From positions 1 through 64,000 of IMG/VR virus record IMGVR_UViG_3300009509_000006: 64,000 bases of DNA. One strand, given 5' to 3'. A model generated the notes under the pieces. It saw only the letters and a list, made by a program, of their open reading frames with translations, was not told the DNA's origin and did not search any database. This DNA comes from a virus. The first letter of the stretch is position 1, and each line of letters begins with the position of its first letter. A program made the position numbers and the translations under genes. Of this stretch, positions 1-7,561 are shown one piece after another.

Positions 1-1
1 T

Positions 2-178
2 GAGAAGGTGGTCCTCGAGACCTACCCCTTCACCACCGATATCGCCTACAAGCTGAAGGAGTTCATCGAGGCAAACCCCGAGAAAGTGCGGGCTGCGTTC
101 GCACCTGTGATGGACGATCTCAGGAAGACCCTGCCGGCTCGCGAGAAAGCGCTCCAGAAGCGCAATCGGAGGTACTGA
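2..178 (+). CDS. Hypothetical protein, 3' end only (…EKVVLETYPFTTDIAYKLKEF…QKRNRRY*)
   Basis: Open frame from the window edge to TGA 176-178 with GC3-rich codon usage. Confidence 0.7.
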   Translation, partial: EKVVLETYPFTTDIAYKLKEFIEANPEKVRAAFAPVMDDLRKTLPAREKALQKRNRRY

Positions 179-258
179 TGGCACGCCGGTCATAGGCCCG
201 GTGAACGAGATCAAGAGGCTCGAGGGCGAGGCCGACGCGCTCCAGGAGACGAAGACCC

Positions 259-588
259 GTGGAAGACCTGTTGTACTACATCCTCGCGATCGTCGGTCTG
301 CTCGCGTTCGGTGCCGGGGGCGGCGGCCTGCTCATGAAGAAGCTCCGGGGCAAGGGCAAGAGCGGCGAAGCGGAGATCGATCCCGGCCCACCGCGTCCCG
401 TAAAGGAGCCTTCCGTGGCGCCGACTCCCGAGGCCGTCGAAGAGGCAGATGAGGCGGCCTCGAAGCTGGACGAGGAAGTTATCGACCTCGACGAACGAGA
501 GGACGAGATCGAAGCGAATCCACCCAGCGAGGACAAGCCCGACCCTGGCGTCGTCGCCTGGCTGAAAGACAAGGAGGAGGACGAATGA
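259..588 (+). CDS. Membrane-anchored protein (N-terminal TM helix, acidic tail); possible lysis/spanin-like
   Basis: AGGAG RBS before GTG; LLYYILAIVGLLAFG hydrophobic segment followed by basic residues; ATGA overlap with the next gene. Confidence 0.7.
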   Translation: MEDLLYYILAIVGLLAFGAGGGGLLMKKLRGKGKSGEAEIDPGPPRPVKEPSVAPTPEAVEEADEAASKLDEEVIDLDEREDEIEANPPSEDKPDPGVVAWLKDKEEDE

Positions 589-875
589 GTCGACGCACGT
601 GGAGCACGCTGTCCGAAGCGAGAGCGAGCTTTCGAGTGGGCAAGGTTCGCTACCCCGAGGACTTCCCATCTGTGCTGCTGTACAACAGCCCTACGCGGCG
701 GAGTCTACGAGAGGCAAGGGAGCGGCTCGAGGGGCTTCTCCGCGGCGACCTCATGGAGGGACCCACAGAAGAGCTGTCCGACGCGATCGAAGCGCTCGAC
801 GACCTGGAGCACGCCATGAGGAAAGCCGAGGGCAAGCTGTTCCAGTGGTTCCAGGAGCACAACGAGGGGGCGTGA
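585..875 (+). CDS. Hypothetical helical protein
   Basis: AGGAGG RBS, ATGA coupling upstream, TGATG coupling downstream. Confidence 0.7.
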   Translation: MSRRTWSTLSEARASFRVGKVRYPEDFPSVLLYNSPTRRSLREARERLEGLLRGDLMEGPTEELSDAIEALDDLEHAMRKAEGKLFQWFQEHNEGA

Positions 876-1318
876 TGCGATATGCGGCCGCACTCCTCGT
901 TCTTTTCCTACCCGCCGTATGCTTCGCGCAGGACGCACAGGACTGCCATACCGATCAAGCGAGCTTCTGGATCTGCGCCGGCGATCTGGCCTGGGTGAAC
1001 GGCTACCTCGTCCCGCCCACCGTCCTGGACCTGCGCGACTGCATGCTGTGGGAAGAGAAGGCGAAGCTCTTGCCCGAGTGCATCGAGCAGCGCGACGAGT
1101 TCCAGAAGCAACGGGACCAGGCACTCGCCGAAGTCACGAGCCTGGAGCAGCAGTACGCCGAGGCGCTCGAGTACGGTGACGGCAACCGTGAGCTCTACGA
1201 GGACTGCCACCGGGACCTAGAGGACCGCTTCGAGGTGTGGGAAGTCGGGCTGATCGCCGGGGGCACCGGGCTCGGGGCGATCTTGCTCGGGCTCGTGATC
1301 GGTGGCTTCGCGATGTGA
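875..1318 (+). CDS. Exported coiled-coil protein with signal peptide and C-terminal TM anchor; possible spanin-like
   Basis: Start reassigned to ATG 875 (MRYAAALLVLFLPAVCFA, signal-peptide-like); central heptads; C-terminal GLIAGGTGLGAILLGLVIGGFAM. Confidence 0.7.
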   Translation: MRYAAALLVLFLPAVCFAQDAQDCHTDQASFWICAGDLAWVNGYLVPPTVLDLRDCMLWEEKAKLLPECIEQRDEFQKQRDQALAEVTSLEQQYAEALEYGDGNRELYEDCHRDLEDRFEVWEVGLIAGGTGLGAILLGLVIGGFAM

Positions 1319-1344
1319 GTGCCCCCAGCAGGGATCGAACCTGC
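1319..1344 (-). other. tRNA 3'-half fragment (T-arm plus acceptor 3' strand), not a complete tRNA
   Basis: Minus strand reads GCAGG-TTCGATC-CCTGC-TGGGGGC-AC: perfect 5-bp T stem and 7-nt TTCGA loop; no convincing D or anticodon arm upstream. Confidence 0.65.
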
Positions 1345-1388
1345 GCTGTGCCTACTTGCGCTTGTTCCGCACGTGACGCCCCAACGGC

Positions 1389-1706
1389 TCAGGATACGAC
1401 GGCCTTCTTGACACCGTTGCCGAGAGCGGCGTCCTTTCCAGTCTTCGCACCGACGATCCTACGCTTGAGCGGGTCGGCGTTTGTCTTGTAGTGGAAGACC
1501 ATGCTCTTCGTCACGCCCGTGCCCTTCAGAACGGGGGTACCGCCCTTCATGCCCGCGACCACGAAGCGCTTGCCGCCGACACCGGCCTTGCTTTGGCGCG
1601 CGAAGCTCAGGAACACCGATTGGCCCTTCTTGGCGCTCTTGAGAGTAGCCAGCACAGGGTCCTTACCCTCAAGCAACAGGCGCCCTTCCTGGATCATATT
1701 CCTCAT
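1389..1706 (-). CDS. Basic (Lys-rich) putative internal head protein with leader MRNMIQEGRLLLE
   Basis: GAGG RBS; leader shared with genes starting at 4848, 58637, 58902 and 59849. Confidence 0.75.
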   Translation of the reverse strand: MRNMIQEGRLLLEGKDPVLATLKSAKKGQSVFLSFARQSKAGVGGKRFVVAGMKGGTPVLKGTGVTKSMVFHYKTNADPLKRRIVGAKTGKDAALGNGVKKAVVS

Positions 1707-1720
1707 CGCGTCCTCTCGTA

Positions 1721-3280
1721 TCAGAAAGCAGGGAAAGCGTTCGAGACGGCAATGAAGTCCATCTCGTCCATCGCCGCTTGCAGAGCTCTCATGGCGTCAC
1801 GGACGCTCTTGGCGCTTTTGGCTTTCACCAAGGCTTTCCGCCACCCCTTCAAGCCACCATCGCTCGGGGCGGATTGGAGCAGGTCTTGGTCGGCGTCATG
1901 GAGGAGGCGACCAATCATGTTCGAGATACCGATGAAGTCCATTGCGTCCATCGCGTTCTGGATGTGCTTGAGCGCCACCCCCACCTTCACCCGCAACAGC
2001 GACGCGGCCTTGAGCTCACTCCAGAATTCCTTCTCGGCTCCAGGGGCAGGCTCTCCGAAGTCGCCACCCGGAGCTTCGATCAAGGCGCGAGCACGCTCGA
2101 GCAGGTCGGAACTCTCCTTCTTGACTTTGTGCTTCGACTTGCCCGTCCATGGCGTTCCGATCTGACCGGTCCTCTTCTTGCCCTTCCTGGGCTTCCTCTT
2201 CTGGCGGTAGTGCCGCAGGTAGCCGGCGACGGCCTCGGGGTCACGGACGTCCTTGCGGGCCTTGAGCGCCTTGAGCGCCTTCGTGCCCTTGAGCTGTTCG
2301 GTCTCGGCGAGTGGGGAGCCACTCGCATCGGTGTCTTCGGCGAGAGCCTGATCGATGGCATTCGAAATCACCATGAAGTCCATCGAATCCATCGCGCGGC
2401 CGAGGGCCTGCATTGCGGCCCGCACGCTCGTTGCCTTCTTGGCCTGGAGCAGGTTCTTGCGCCAGCTCTTCCGCTCGCCCTCGCCGGGCTCGCGCTGGAG
2501 CTCCGCCGCGGAGGACTGCAGCATGTGGCCGATCGCGTTCGAGACGGCGATGAAATCCATCTCGTCCATCGCGTTCTGGATGTGCTTCAGCGTCTCGGCG
2601 ACATTCGGGCGCGTGATGGCGGCCTTCTGGATGTGCGCCTTGAAGCGCTTTGCCGCTCCAGGGTCGGGCTCGTACATCTCGAGGGCCACGTTCTCGAGGT
2701 CTTGTGCGACGGCGTCGGCGTAGAGCTTCGCGAGCTCCTCGGGGCCCTCGACATGGTCGAGCGACCACTTGCCCGGGGACCAGGACAGGCCGCCGCCTCC
2801 CCCTCCACCCATCGTTGTCGTGCCGCCGCCCACCGTCTGGTAGACCTTCTCCTTCTCTTGCTCCTGCCCGAGCGTCGGTGTCACGTGCCACTTCGACTTG
2901 GCCTGGGCCTTCTCCTTCTCTTTGGCCTTCTTCTGCGCCCAGGTCATTGTCTGAGCCTTGGCCTGCTGCTTTTGCTTGGCCTTCTGGGCCTCTTTGGCAG
3001 CCTTCTCGACCTTCTCACGGGGGGCGATCGCCACCCACTTCACCGAACCCTTCTGGATCTGGAACTTGCCACCGAGGCCCTTGAGGAAGTTCTCGAGCAT
3101 CTTCCTGGAGCCCTTGATCGAATGGTAGATCTTGACGACCACGAAATTCTTCGGGTCGGTCCGGTGGGGCCTGTAGTGGATCCCCTTCTTGCCATTGACG
3201 TAGTTGACGATGAAGTCCTGGCCTTCCTTCGGGATCGTGGCCTCTCGGATGATCTTCGCCACGGCGGGATGCACGGGCAT
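1721..3280 (-). CDS. Multi-module putative internal head protein with four AMDxMDFxxxSN repeats
   Basis: AGGAGG RBS; 519 aa; duplicated two-repeat helical module; internal leader-like SDLLERARALIE. Confidence 0.8.
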   Translation of the reverse strand: MPVHPAVAKIIREATIPKEGQDFIVNYVNGKKGIHYRPHRTDPKNFVVVKIYHSIKGSRKMLENFLKGLGGKFQIQKGSVKWVAIAPREKVEKAAKEAQKAKQKQQAKAQTMTWAQKKAKEKEKAQAKSKWHVTPTLGQEQEKEKVYQTVGGGTTTMGGGGGGGLSWSPGKWSLDHVEGPEELAKLYADAVAQDLENVALEMYEPDPGAAKRFKAHIQKAAITRPNVAETLKHIQNAMDEMDFIAVSNAIGHMLQSSAAELQREPGEGERKSWRKNLLQAKKATSVRAAMQALGRAMDSMDFMVISNAIDQALAEDTDASGSPLAETEQLKGTKALKALKARKDVRDPEAVAGYLRHYRQKRKPRKGKKRTGQIGTPWTGKSKHKVKKESSDLLERARALIEAPGGDFGEPAPGAEKEFWSELKAASLLRVKVGVALKHIQNAMDAMDFIGISNMIGRLLHDADQDLLQSAPSDGGLKGWRKALVKAKSAKSVRDAMRALQAAMDEMDFIAVSNAFPAF

Positions 3281-3290
3281 GGTGCCTCCT

Positions 3291-3389
3291 TCAGAATCTG
3301 CGTGGGCGCCTGAAGTAGTACACGAGCGCAGCTGTGCATACGAGGCCCCAGACGAGCAGGAAGAAGTAGAATGTCGTTGTCTCGCTCAT
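3291..3389 (-). CDS. 32-aa single-pass membrane peptide (MSETTTFYFFLLVWGLVCTAALVYYFRRPRRF)
   Basis: Hydrophobic helix followed by an Arg-rich stop-transfer tail; fills the gap after the transglycosylase. Confidence 0.55.
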   Translation of the reverse strand: MSETTTFYFFLLVWGLVCTAALVYYFRRPRRF

Positions 3390-3426
3390 CCGGGCCAGGA
3401 TAGCAGCATCGCTTTCGTGTCGTCCA

Positions 3427-4341
3427 CTACTGGCCGCCCTCTCCGTGCACCTCGAGGAAGTCGAGCTCGCGTTGCAGCTCTTCGATCGACCACTCGCGCA
3501 GAGCTGCCTCCTCGTATGGCACCTCGTTCCGGTCGTAGGCCTCCATGAGATCCTTGCGCAGAGACCGTCGTTTCTTGCGCGCCGCGTGCTTTGCCAATGC
3601 CTTGGCCTTGCCATCGAAGTAGACATAGCGCTCCTTGCCGACAGCCTTGAGGTCTTCGGGCGAGATGTACGGATCGCGGAGCGAGGCCTTCACCTTGAGC
3701 ATCTTGCGCTGCGCGAAGCCGCACTGACCCTTGTAGCTGTTCCTGGCCTTCGGCCCACACTTCCAGTGCGCCATCCAGTCGTGCAGCTGCCCGGCGCACT
3801 TCTCGTGGCTCTCGATCGCGTGCTTCACCTGGAACGCGGCGACCTGGGTGTTGACCCAGGGGTCGTACAGATCGTCCGGCTCCCAGTCGGTACCGTAGAA
3901 CGTGCGGGCCGAGTAGATCCAGTCGGGCTTCTGCTGGAACAGCCCTCTTTCGCCACCGGAACCTGTGGCATCGGCCTCGTAGGTGATCGGCCTGTCGTAT
4001 TCCGGCATCTTTGCGAACGTGAAGTCGAACCTGTAGCTGCTGTGTTCCGAGATCAGCAGCGCGCCTAGATCGTAGGGGTCAATGTCGATCGCCACCGCGG
4101 CCTTGTACGTGTACCACCCGAACTCCGGGGGCACTCCCGCGCGAGCGAGTCGAGATGTAAACAACGCCCCGTCAAGCAGCCCCACGAGCGGGTTGTGCCC
4201 GCTCCGAACGAGAAGCGCCCGAACCACGTCCGCTGAGGGGCCACCCGCGCCACCCGAGCTCGCCCTGTCCTCGGCGAGAACAGAGCCCGAGCAAAGGAGC
4301 AGGAGCGCGACGAAACACAGTGATAGTGCTGACTTCCTCAT
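3427..4341 (-). CDS. Lytic transglycosylase (SLT/lysozyme-like) with signal peptide; candidate endolysin
   Basis: GGGAGG RBS; signal peptide MRKSALSLCFVALLLLCSGSVLA; SLT-like motifs LLISEHSS, GERGLFQ, DLYDPWVN. Confidence 0.75.
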   Translation of the reverse strand: MRKSALSLCFVALLLLCSGSVLAEDRASSGGAGGPSADVVRALLVRSGHNPLVGLLDGALFTSRLARAGVPPEFGWYTYKAAVAIDIDPYDLGALLISEHSSYRFDFTFAKMPEYDRPITYEADATGSGGERGLFQQKPDWIYSARTFYGTDWEPDDLYDPWVNTQVAAFQVKHAIESHEKCAGQLHDWMAHWKCGPKARNSYKGQCGFAQRKMLKVKASLRDPYISPEDLKAVGKERYVYFDGKAKALAKHAARKKRRSLRKDLMEAYDRNEVPYEEAALREWSIEELQRELDFLEVHGEGGQ

Positions 4342-4387
4342 TCGAGCCTCCCTGTCACGTTATCGGCTATCACGAGCCTGGTGCCCG

Positions 4388-4416
4388 GATATATCAGAAG
4401 TGACAGAGAGGGCCAA
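4388..4416 (-). promoter_or_regulatory. Candidate sigma70-type promoter upstream of the transglycosylase
   Basis: TTGGCC-17 nt-TATATC with TG extension, in an intergenic gap. Confidence 0.35.
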
Positions 4417-4422
4417 GCGGGA

Positions 4423-4848
4423 TCAGCGTTCGCGCCAGGCTTTGTCGACAAGCTCCGGGATCTTCTTCATCCGGATCTTGTTCACGGCGTCTTTGAGCCC
4501 TGCATTCGACAGCAGTGCGAGCAAATGTCGCATCACCTCGGGGGCGTTGTACTTGTTGAACGCCGGGGTCTTCGGTTTGCGCTCCAGGAGTGCTCTTGCC
4601 GCGGCCATGGGATCCACGCTCTCGGCTTTCGGAGGCTGCCCGGGCTCTTTCTCGTTCGCTGGTTTTCCGTCCTTGTCTTGCGGGGGCGGGGGTGGCGGGG
4701 TCTCGCCTTTGGGGATCTTGTAGCGCTTTCTGAGCTTCGGGACGATACTCCGGATCACGTCGATTGGCGTCTCGGGCACTTTGGGCTGCTGCTCCGCGTC
4801 TTGCTCCCTGGCGAGCAGCAGTTGTGCCTCATCGATCAGGTCTCGCAT
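4423..4848 (-). CDS. Putative internal head protein with leader MRDLIDEAQLLLA
   Basis: GGAGG RBS; shared leader; Pro/Lys-rich. Confidence 0.75.
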   Translation of the reverse strand: MRDLIDEAQLLLAREQDAEQQPKVPETPIDVIRSIVPKLRKRYKIPKGETPPPPPPQDKDGKPANEKEPGQPPKAESVDPMAAARALLERKPKTPAFNKYNAPEVMRHLLALLSNAGLKDAVNKIRMKKIPELVDKAWRER

Positions 4849-4879
4849 GATGCCTCCGGGGCGATGTCACGCGAGAAGT

Positions 4880-5428
4880 CTACTCTGTGGGCGTGTCGAA
4901 GTGTAGAGGGCATCTCGGCGAGTAGATCTCGCCGTTTCCAGGGACGAGATCCTCCTCGAAGTGCTTCTTGCGAGCCGTGTAGACGGCTGTGGCGCCGCAC
5001 ACGTCGCAGTAGGCCTCCCGGGCCACCGTGATCTGGTCGGCGTGGCACAAGAGCTCCGGGATGCCGTCCCACGGCGACCCGTTCCACAGGAGCGTCAGCG
5101 CGGCGAGCACAATCTCCTTGCCCTTGCGCCTGAGCATCAGCGCCACGTCGAGCACCCCGGGCAGCATCTGGGCTTCTTCGACGAGGAACAGGTCGTAGTC
5201 GTCCTGGATCTCGAGCATCTGAGCTGCGTGCTGAATCCGCATCGCCGGCCACGCACGCCCCGTGCGGCTCTTGAGCGCAGCCTCCTCGTCTCTTGTGTCG
5301 ATCCTGGGGCGGAAGGCCCCGATACGAGCTGGGTTCCCTGACAGTGCGCTCTCAGCTCGCCCGATCAGATAGTCCGTCTTCCCGCTGAACATCGGGCCCA
5401 CTACGACGTGAATCTTCCCCGCTTTCAC
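4880..5428 (-). CDS. tdk: Thymidine kinase
   Basis: GPMFSGKT P-loop, (D/E)EAQ motif, CDVC zinc site, YSPRC C-terminus; start reassigned to GTG 5428 after GGAGG. Confidence 0.95.
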   Translation of the reverse strand: MKAGKIHVVVGPMFSGKTDYLIGRAESALSGNPARIGAFRPRIDTRDEEAALKSRTGRAWPAMRIQHAAQMLEIQDDYDLFLVEEAQMLPGVLDVALMLRRKGKEIVLAALTLLWNGSPWDGIPELLCHADQITVAREAYCDVCGATAVYTARKKHFEEDLVPGNGEIYSPRCPLHFDTPTE

Positions 5429-5570
5429 TGCGACCTCCGAAGAACACTCTCGATACAACCGAGGCCGAATAGTACAGGGATTCCCCGATCCCAGCGAGCA
5501 TCGCGGGGAGGGCCAGGGCCGCCTCAAGCAAGAACCGGAGAAGACTCTCGAGTACCCCGTAGACGCCCAT
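5352..5570 (-). CDS. Small hydrophobic hypothetical protein (MGVYGVLESLLRFLLEAALALPAML…)
   Basis: TGATG coupling to the SEC-C gene, GAGG RBS; overlaps the tdk start by about 77 nt. Confidence 0.4.
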   Translation of the reverse strand: MGVYGVLESLLRFLLEAALALPAMLAGIGESLYYSASVVSRVFFGGRSESGEDSRRSGPDVQREDGLSDRAS

Positions 5571-6076
5571 CACCGTGACCTCTGTTGTTGCTCGAGGCGC
5601 ACCAGGAGAGGCTCGGTCACAAGATGGTGAGGGAATTCCGCGCAGAACCCCTCCCACTTGTCATCGGGAATCGCGCCGATCCGGATCTCGCTTGCGTCGA
5701 ACCCGCCAGCGTTGGCCCATCGCTGCGCGTGGGCATAGCGCTCGAACACGAGCACGGTCTCGCCGTCGAGCGTGAGCACACCTGTATCCTTCCCTCTCAG
5801 AACAAAGCGCGTCCTGTTGCCCTCGTAGTGGTTTCGGACCTCCTTCATGCCCGAGACGCCGCGCACCCTGTGCCCACAGCAGTGCTTCATCTTGTGGCCA
5901 CTGCCGCAGGGACACTTCGCGTTGCGCCCGACCTTCGCGCCCGCGACGCGCTTCGTCCGGGATTTCTTCGGCGGGTCCTTCGGCGCGTCCTCAACGGCCT
6001 TCTTGAACCGCGCGGCCAATCCCGAACGATCCGGCCCCTCCATCTCGTCCAAGGCTTCGTTCAACTGCTCGTCCAT
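5570..6076 (-). CDS. SEC-C (SecA C-terminal zinc-binding motif) protein
   Basis: KVGRNAKCPCGSGHKMKHCCG; GGAGG RBS before ATG 6076. Confidence 0.9.
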   Translation of the reverse strand: MDEQLNEALDEMEGPDRSGLAARFKKAVEDAPKDPPKKSRTKRVAGAKVGRNAKCPCGSGHKMKHCCGHRVRGVSGMKEVRNHYEGNRTRFVLRGKDTGVLTLDGETVLVFERYAHAQRWANAGGFDASEIRIGAIPDDKWEGFCAEFPHHLVTEPLLVRLEQQQRSR

Positions 6077-6100
6077 TGCGGCCACCTCCATGCGCAAGCG

Positions 6101-6129
6101 ATGATATACAGCGTGTACACTGATCGCAA
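6101..6129 (-). promoter_or_regulatory. Sigma70-type promoter for the SEC-C/tdk unit
   Basis: TTGCGA-17 nt-TATCAT immediately downstream of a terminator. Confidence 0.6.
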
Positions 6130-6131
6130 GG

Positions 6132-6170
6132 ACAAAACGAAAGCCCCTGTTGGAGAGGCAGGGGCTTTCG
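6132..6170 (-). terminator. Intrinsic terminator
   Basis: 12-bp perfect stem CGAAAGCCCCTG/CAGGGGCTTTCG, 9-nt loop, followed by TTTTGT. Confidence 0.85.
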
Positions 6171-6210
6171 AATACCGTCGGCTGGGGGGCCTTCGGTGGA
6201 GGATGCTTTC
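6132..6210 (-). ncRNA. Candidate ~75-80 nt small RNA
   Basis: Bounded by a promoter match (6215-6243) and the terminator; no ORF. Confidence 0.4.
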
Positions 6211-6214
6211 GTAC

Positions 6215-6243
6215 AACGTAGAAGATCCGGCAAGTCCCCGCAA
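6215..6243 (-). promoter_or_regulatory. Candidate sigma70-type promoter pointing into the terminator
   Basis: TTGCGG-17 nt-TACGTT. Confidence 0.45.
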
Positions 6244-6256
6244 GGGGGTAACTTTC

Positions 6257-7153
6257 CTACAGCTTGGCGAACGCCGACGGATCCTCCAGTGTCTTGTGGC
6301 CCTTCGTGAACTTGAGCCAGTCTTTCCACTTGAAGCCGAAGACGGTGCAATCGTAGTCGTAGAGGAACTCGATGCGCTTGTAGCCCAAGGCCTTGATCTT
6401 CGGGATCAGCTGCGCCTTGGCCTTTTTCTTGTGAGGCCCACGGAAGCGGAGGCGGATGTTGTCGCCGTACTTTGTCTTCGCGGCGTAGACCGACGGCAGG
6501 ATCGTTTCCAGGGTGCCCTTTGGCTTGGGCACGTCAGGGCCGGTCTCCGTCGCCTTCCCTGGTTTCCCTGCCAACTCGCGACCAATGTCAGCAAACCTGG
6601 ACTCGGCAATCGCCTCGTTTCGTCGACGCACAAGGCCCCACAGCTTGCCGAGGAAGCCCTTGTCCTCCTTGTCGCTTTCTGGGCACGTGGCGAGCTTCTT
6701 GATCAACTCGACGAGCTTCGACGTGATGCTCTTGAGCAGCCCTTCGTCAAGTACGACGTCGAGAAGCGCCTCATGGATCTGGACGAAATCCGTGGTGTCG
6801 GTGATCTCGGTCATCTCGACCGCGCGGACCCTGGCTTTCTCCTCGAGGGCGTTGCACTGCTGCGCAAGCGCCTGGAGCGCGTCGGCGAGCGCCGTCACTC
6901 GAGCTCGACTGTACGAGTGCTCCAGGGTGCGGAGAGTGGCAGTCTCGATGCCTTCGAGGCCGAGGTTGCGCACGGCGTTGTCGAGACGGAAGCGGAGTTG
7001 TGCCTCGAGCGGCCAGGGCTCTCGAGCAGCCTCGAGCAGATCGGCGAGCGGGTCTCTACCAGAGCGATGCTCGGCGAGAATCGCGTGTGGGCTTCGGCGG
7101 GGGAGCAGGGTCAGACGCTCGAAGAGACTTGAGACCTTCTGGGAGCGTTTCAT
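6257..7153 (-). CDS. Hypothetical protein, possibly head-associated (helical N-half, basic C-terminal domain)
   Basis: GGAGG RBS; 298 aa; L/I-x-E junctions (ILAE, DLLE, AIAE). Confidence 0.75.
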   Translation of the reverse strand: MKRSQKVSSLFERLTLLPRRSPHAILAEHRSGRDPLADLLEAAREPWPLEAQLRFRLDNAVRNLGLEGIETATLRTLEHSYSRARVTALADALQALAQQCNALEEKARVRAVEMTEITDTTDFVQIHEALLDVVLDEGLLKSITSKLVELIKKLATCPESDKEDKGFLGKLWGLVRRRNEAIAESRFADIGRELAGKPGKATETGPDVPKPKGTLETILPSVYAAKTKYGDNIRLRFRGPHKKKAKAQLIPKIKALGYKRIEFLYDYDCTVFGFKWKDWLKFTKGHKTLEDPSAFAKL

Positions 7154-7517
7154 AGGTACCGTCCTCCGGGGTGTCTACCAGCATGAGCACTTCGTTGCGG
7201 GCCCAGCCAACGAGAGTACCGTCTCGGAGCTTGTAGCTCCAGGCGAAGTCGAGGCGCATGAAGCAGACACGGTCGCCGACCGCCACCTCGGCCTTCGGTC
7301 CCGCTGCGATCACCGTCGCCCACTTCGTGATTGGCGTGTTCCAGCCTCTCTTCGGGTCTTTTCCGGGAAGCCCGTAGTAGAAGTCGGCCTGCTTGTCCGT
7401 CAGGATGATGCCGCCTTCCGTGATCCGACGGATGGGATCGGTGCGCACGAACACGATGTCGTTGCGTGCTCGTATCTCGTGCCCAAGCTCCTCCCAAGTA
7501 TCCTCTGCGCGTTCCAT
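7056..7517 (-). CDS. groES: GroES/Cpn10-family co-chaperonin
   Basis: IRARNDIVFV, mobile loop TEGGIIL, ATVIAAGP, VAVGDRVCF; AGGAG RBS. Confidence 0.88.
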   Translation of the reverse strand: MERAEDTWEELGHEIRARNDIVFVRTDPIRRITEGGIILTDKQADFYYGLPGKDPKRGWNTPITKWATVIAAGPKAEVAVGDRVCFMRLDFAWSYKLRDGTLVGWARNEVLMLVDTPEDGTYETLPEGLKSLRASDPAPPPKPTRDSRRASLW

Positions 7518-7561
7518 GTCTTCGTCTCCTTTTGCCCCTCACGGGGGCGGGGTCAGCGCAT

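Noticed and set aside
178-452. ORF 201-452 and mini-ORF at 178
   Set aside because: Only the first ~19 codons look protein-like; the rest overlaps the better-supported 259-588 gene. Possibly a deletion scar
1319-1388. Complete functional tRNA gene
   Set aside because: Only the T-arm and acceptor 3' strand are convincing; no D or anticodon arm and no CCA
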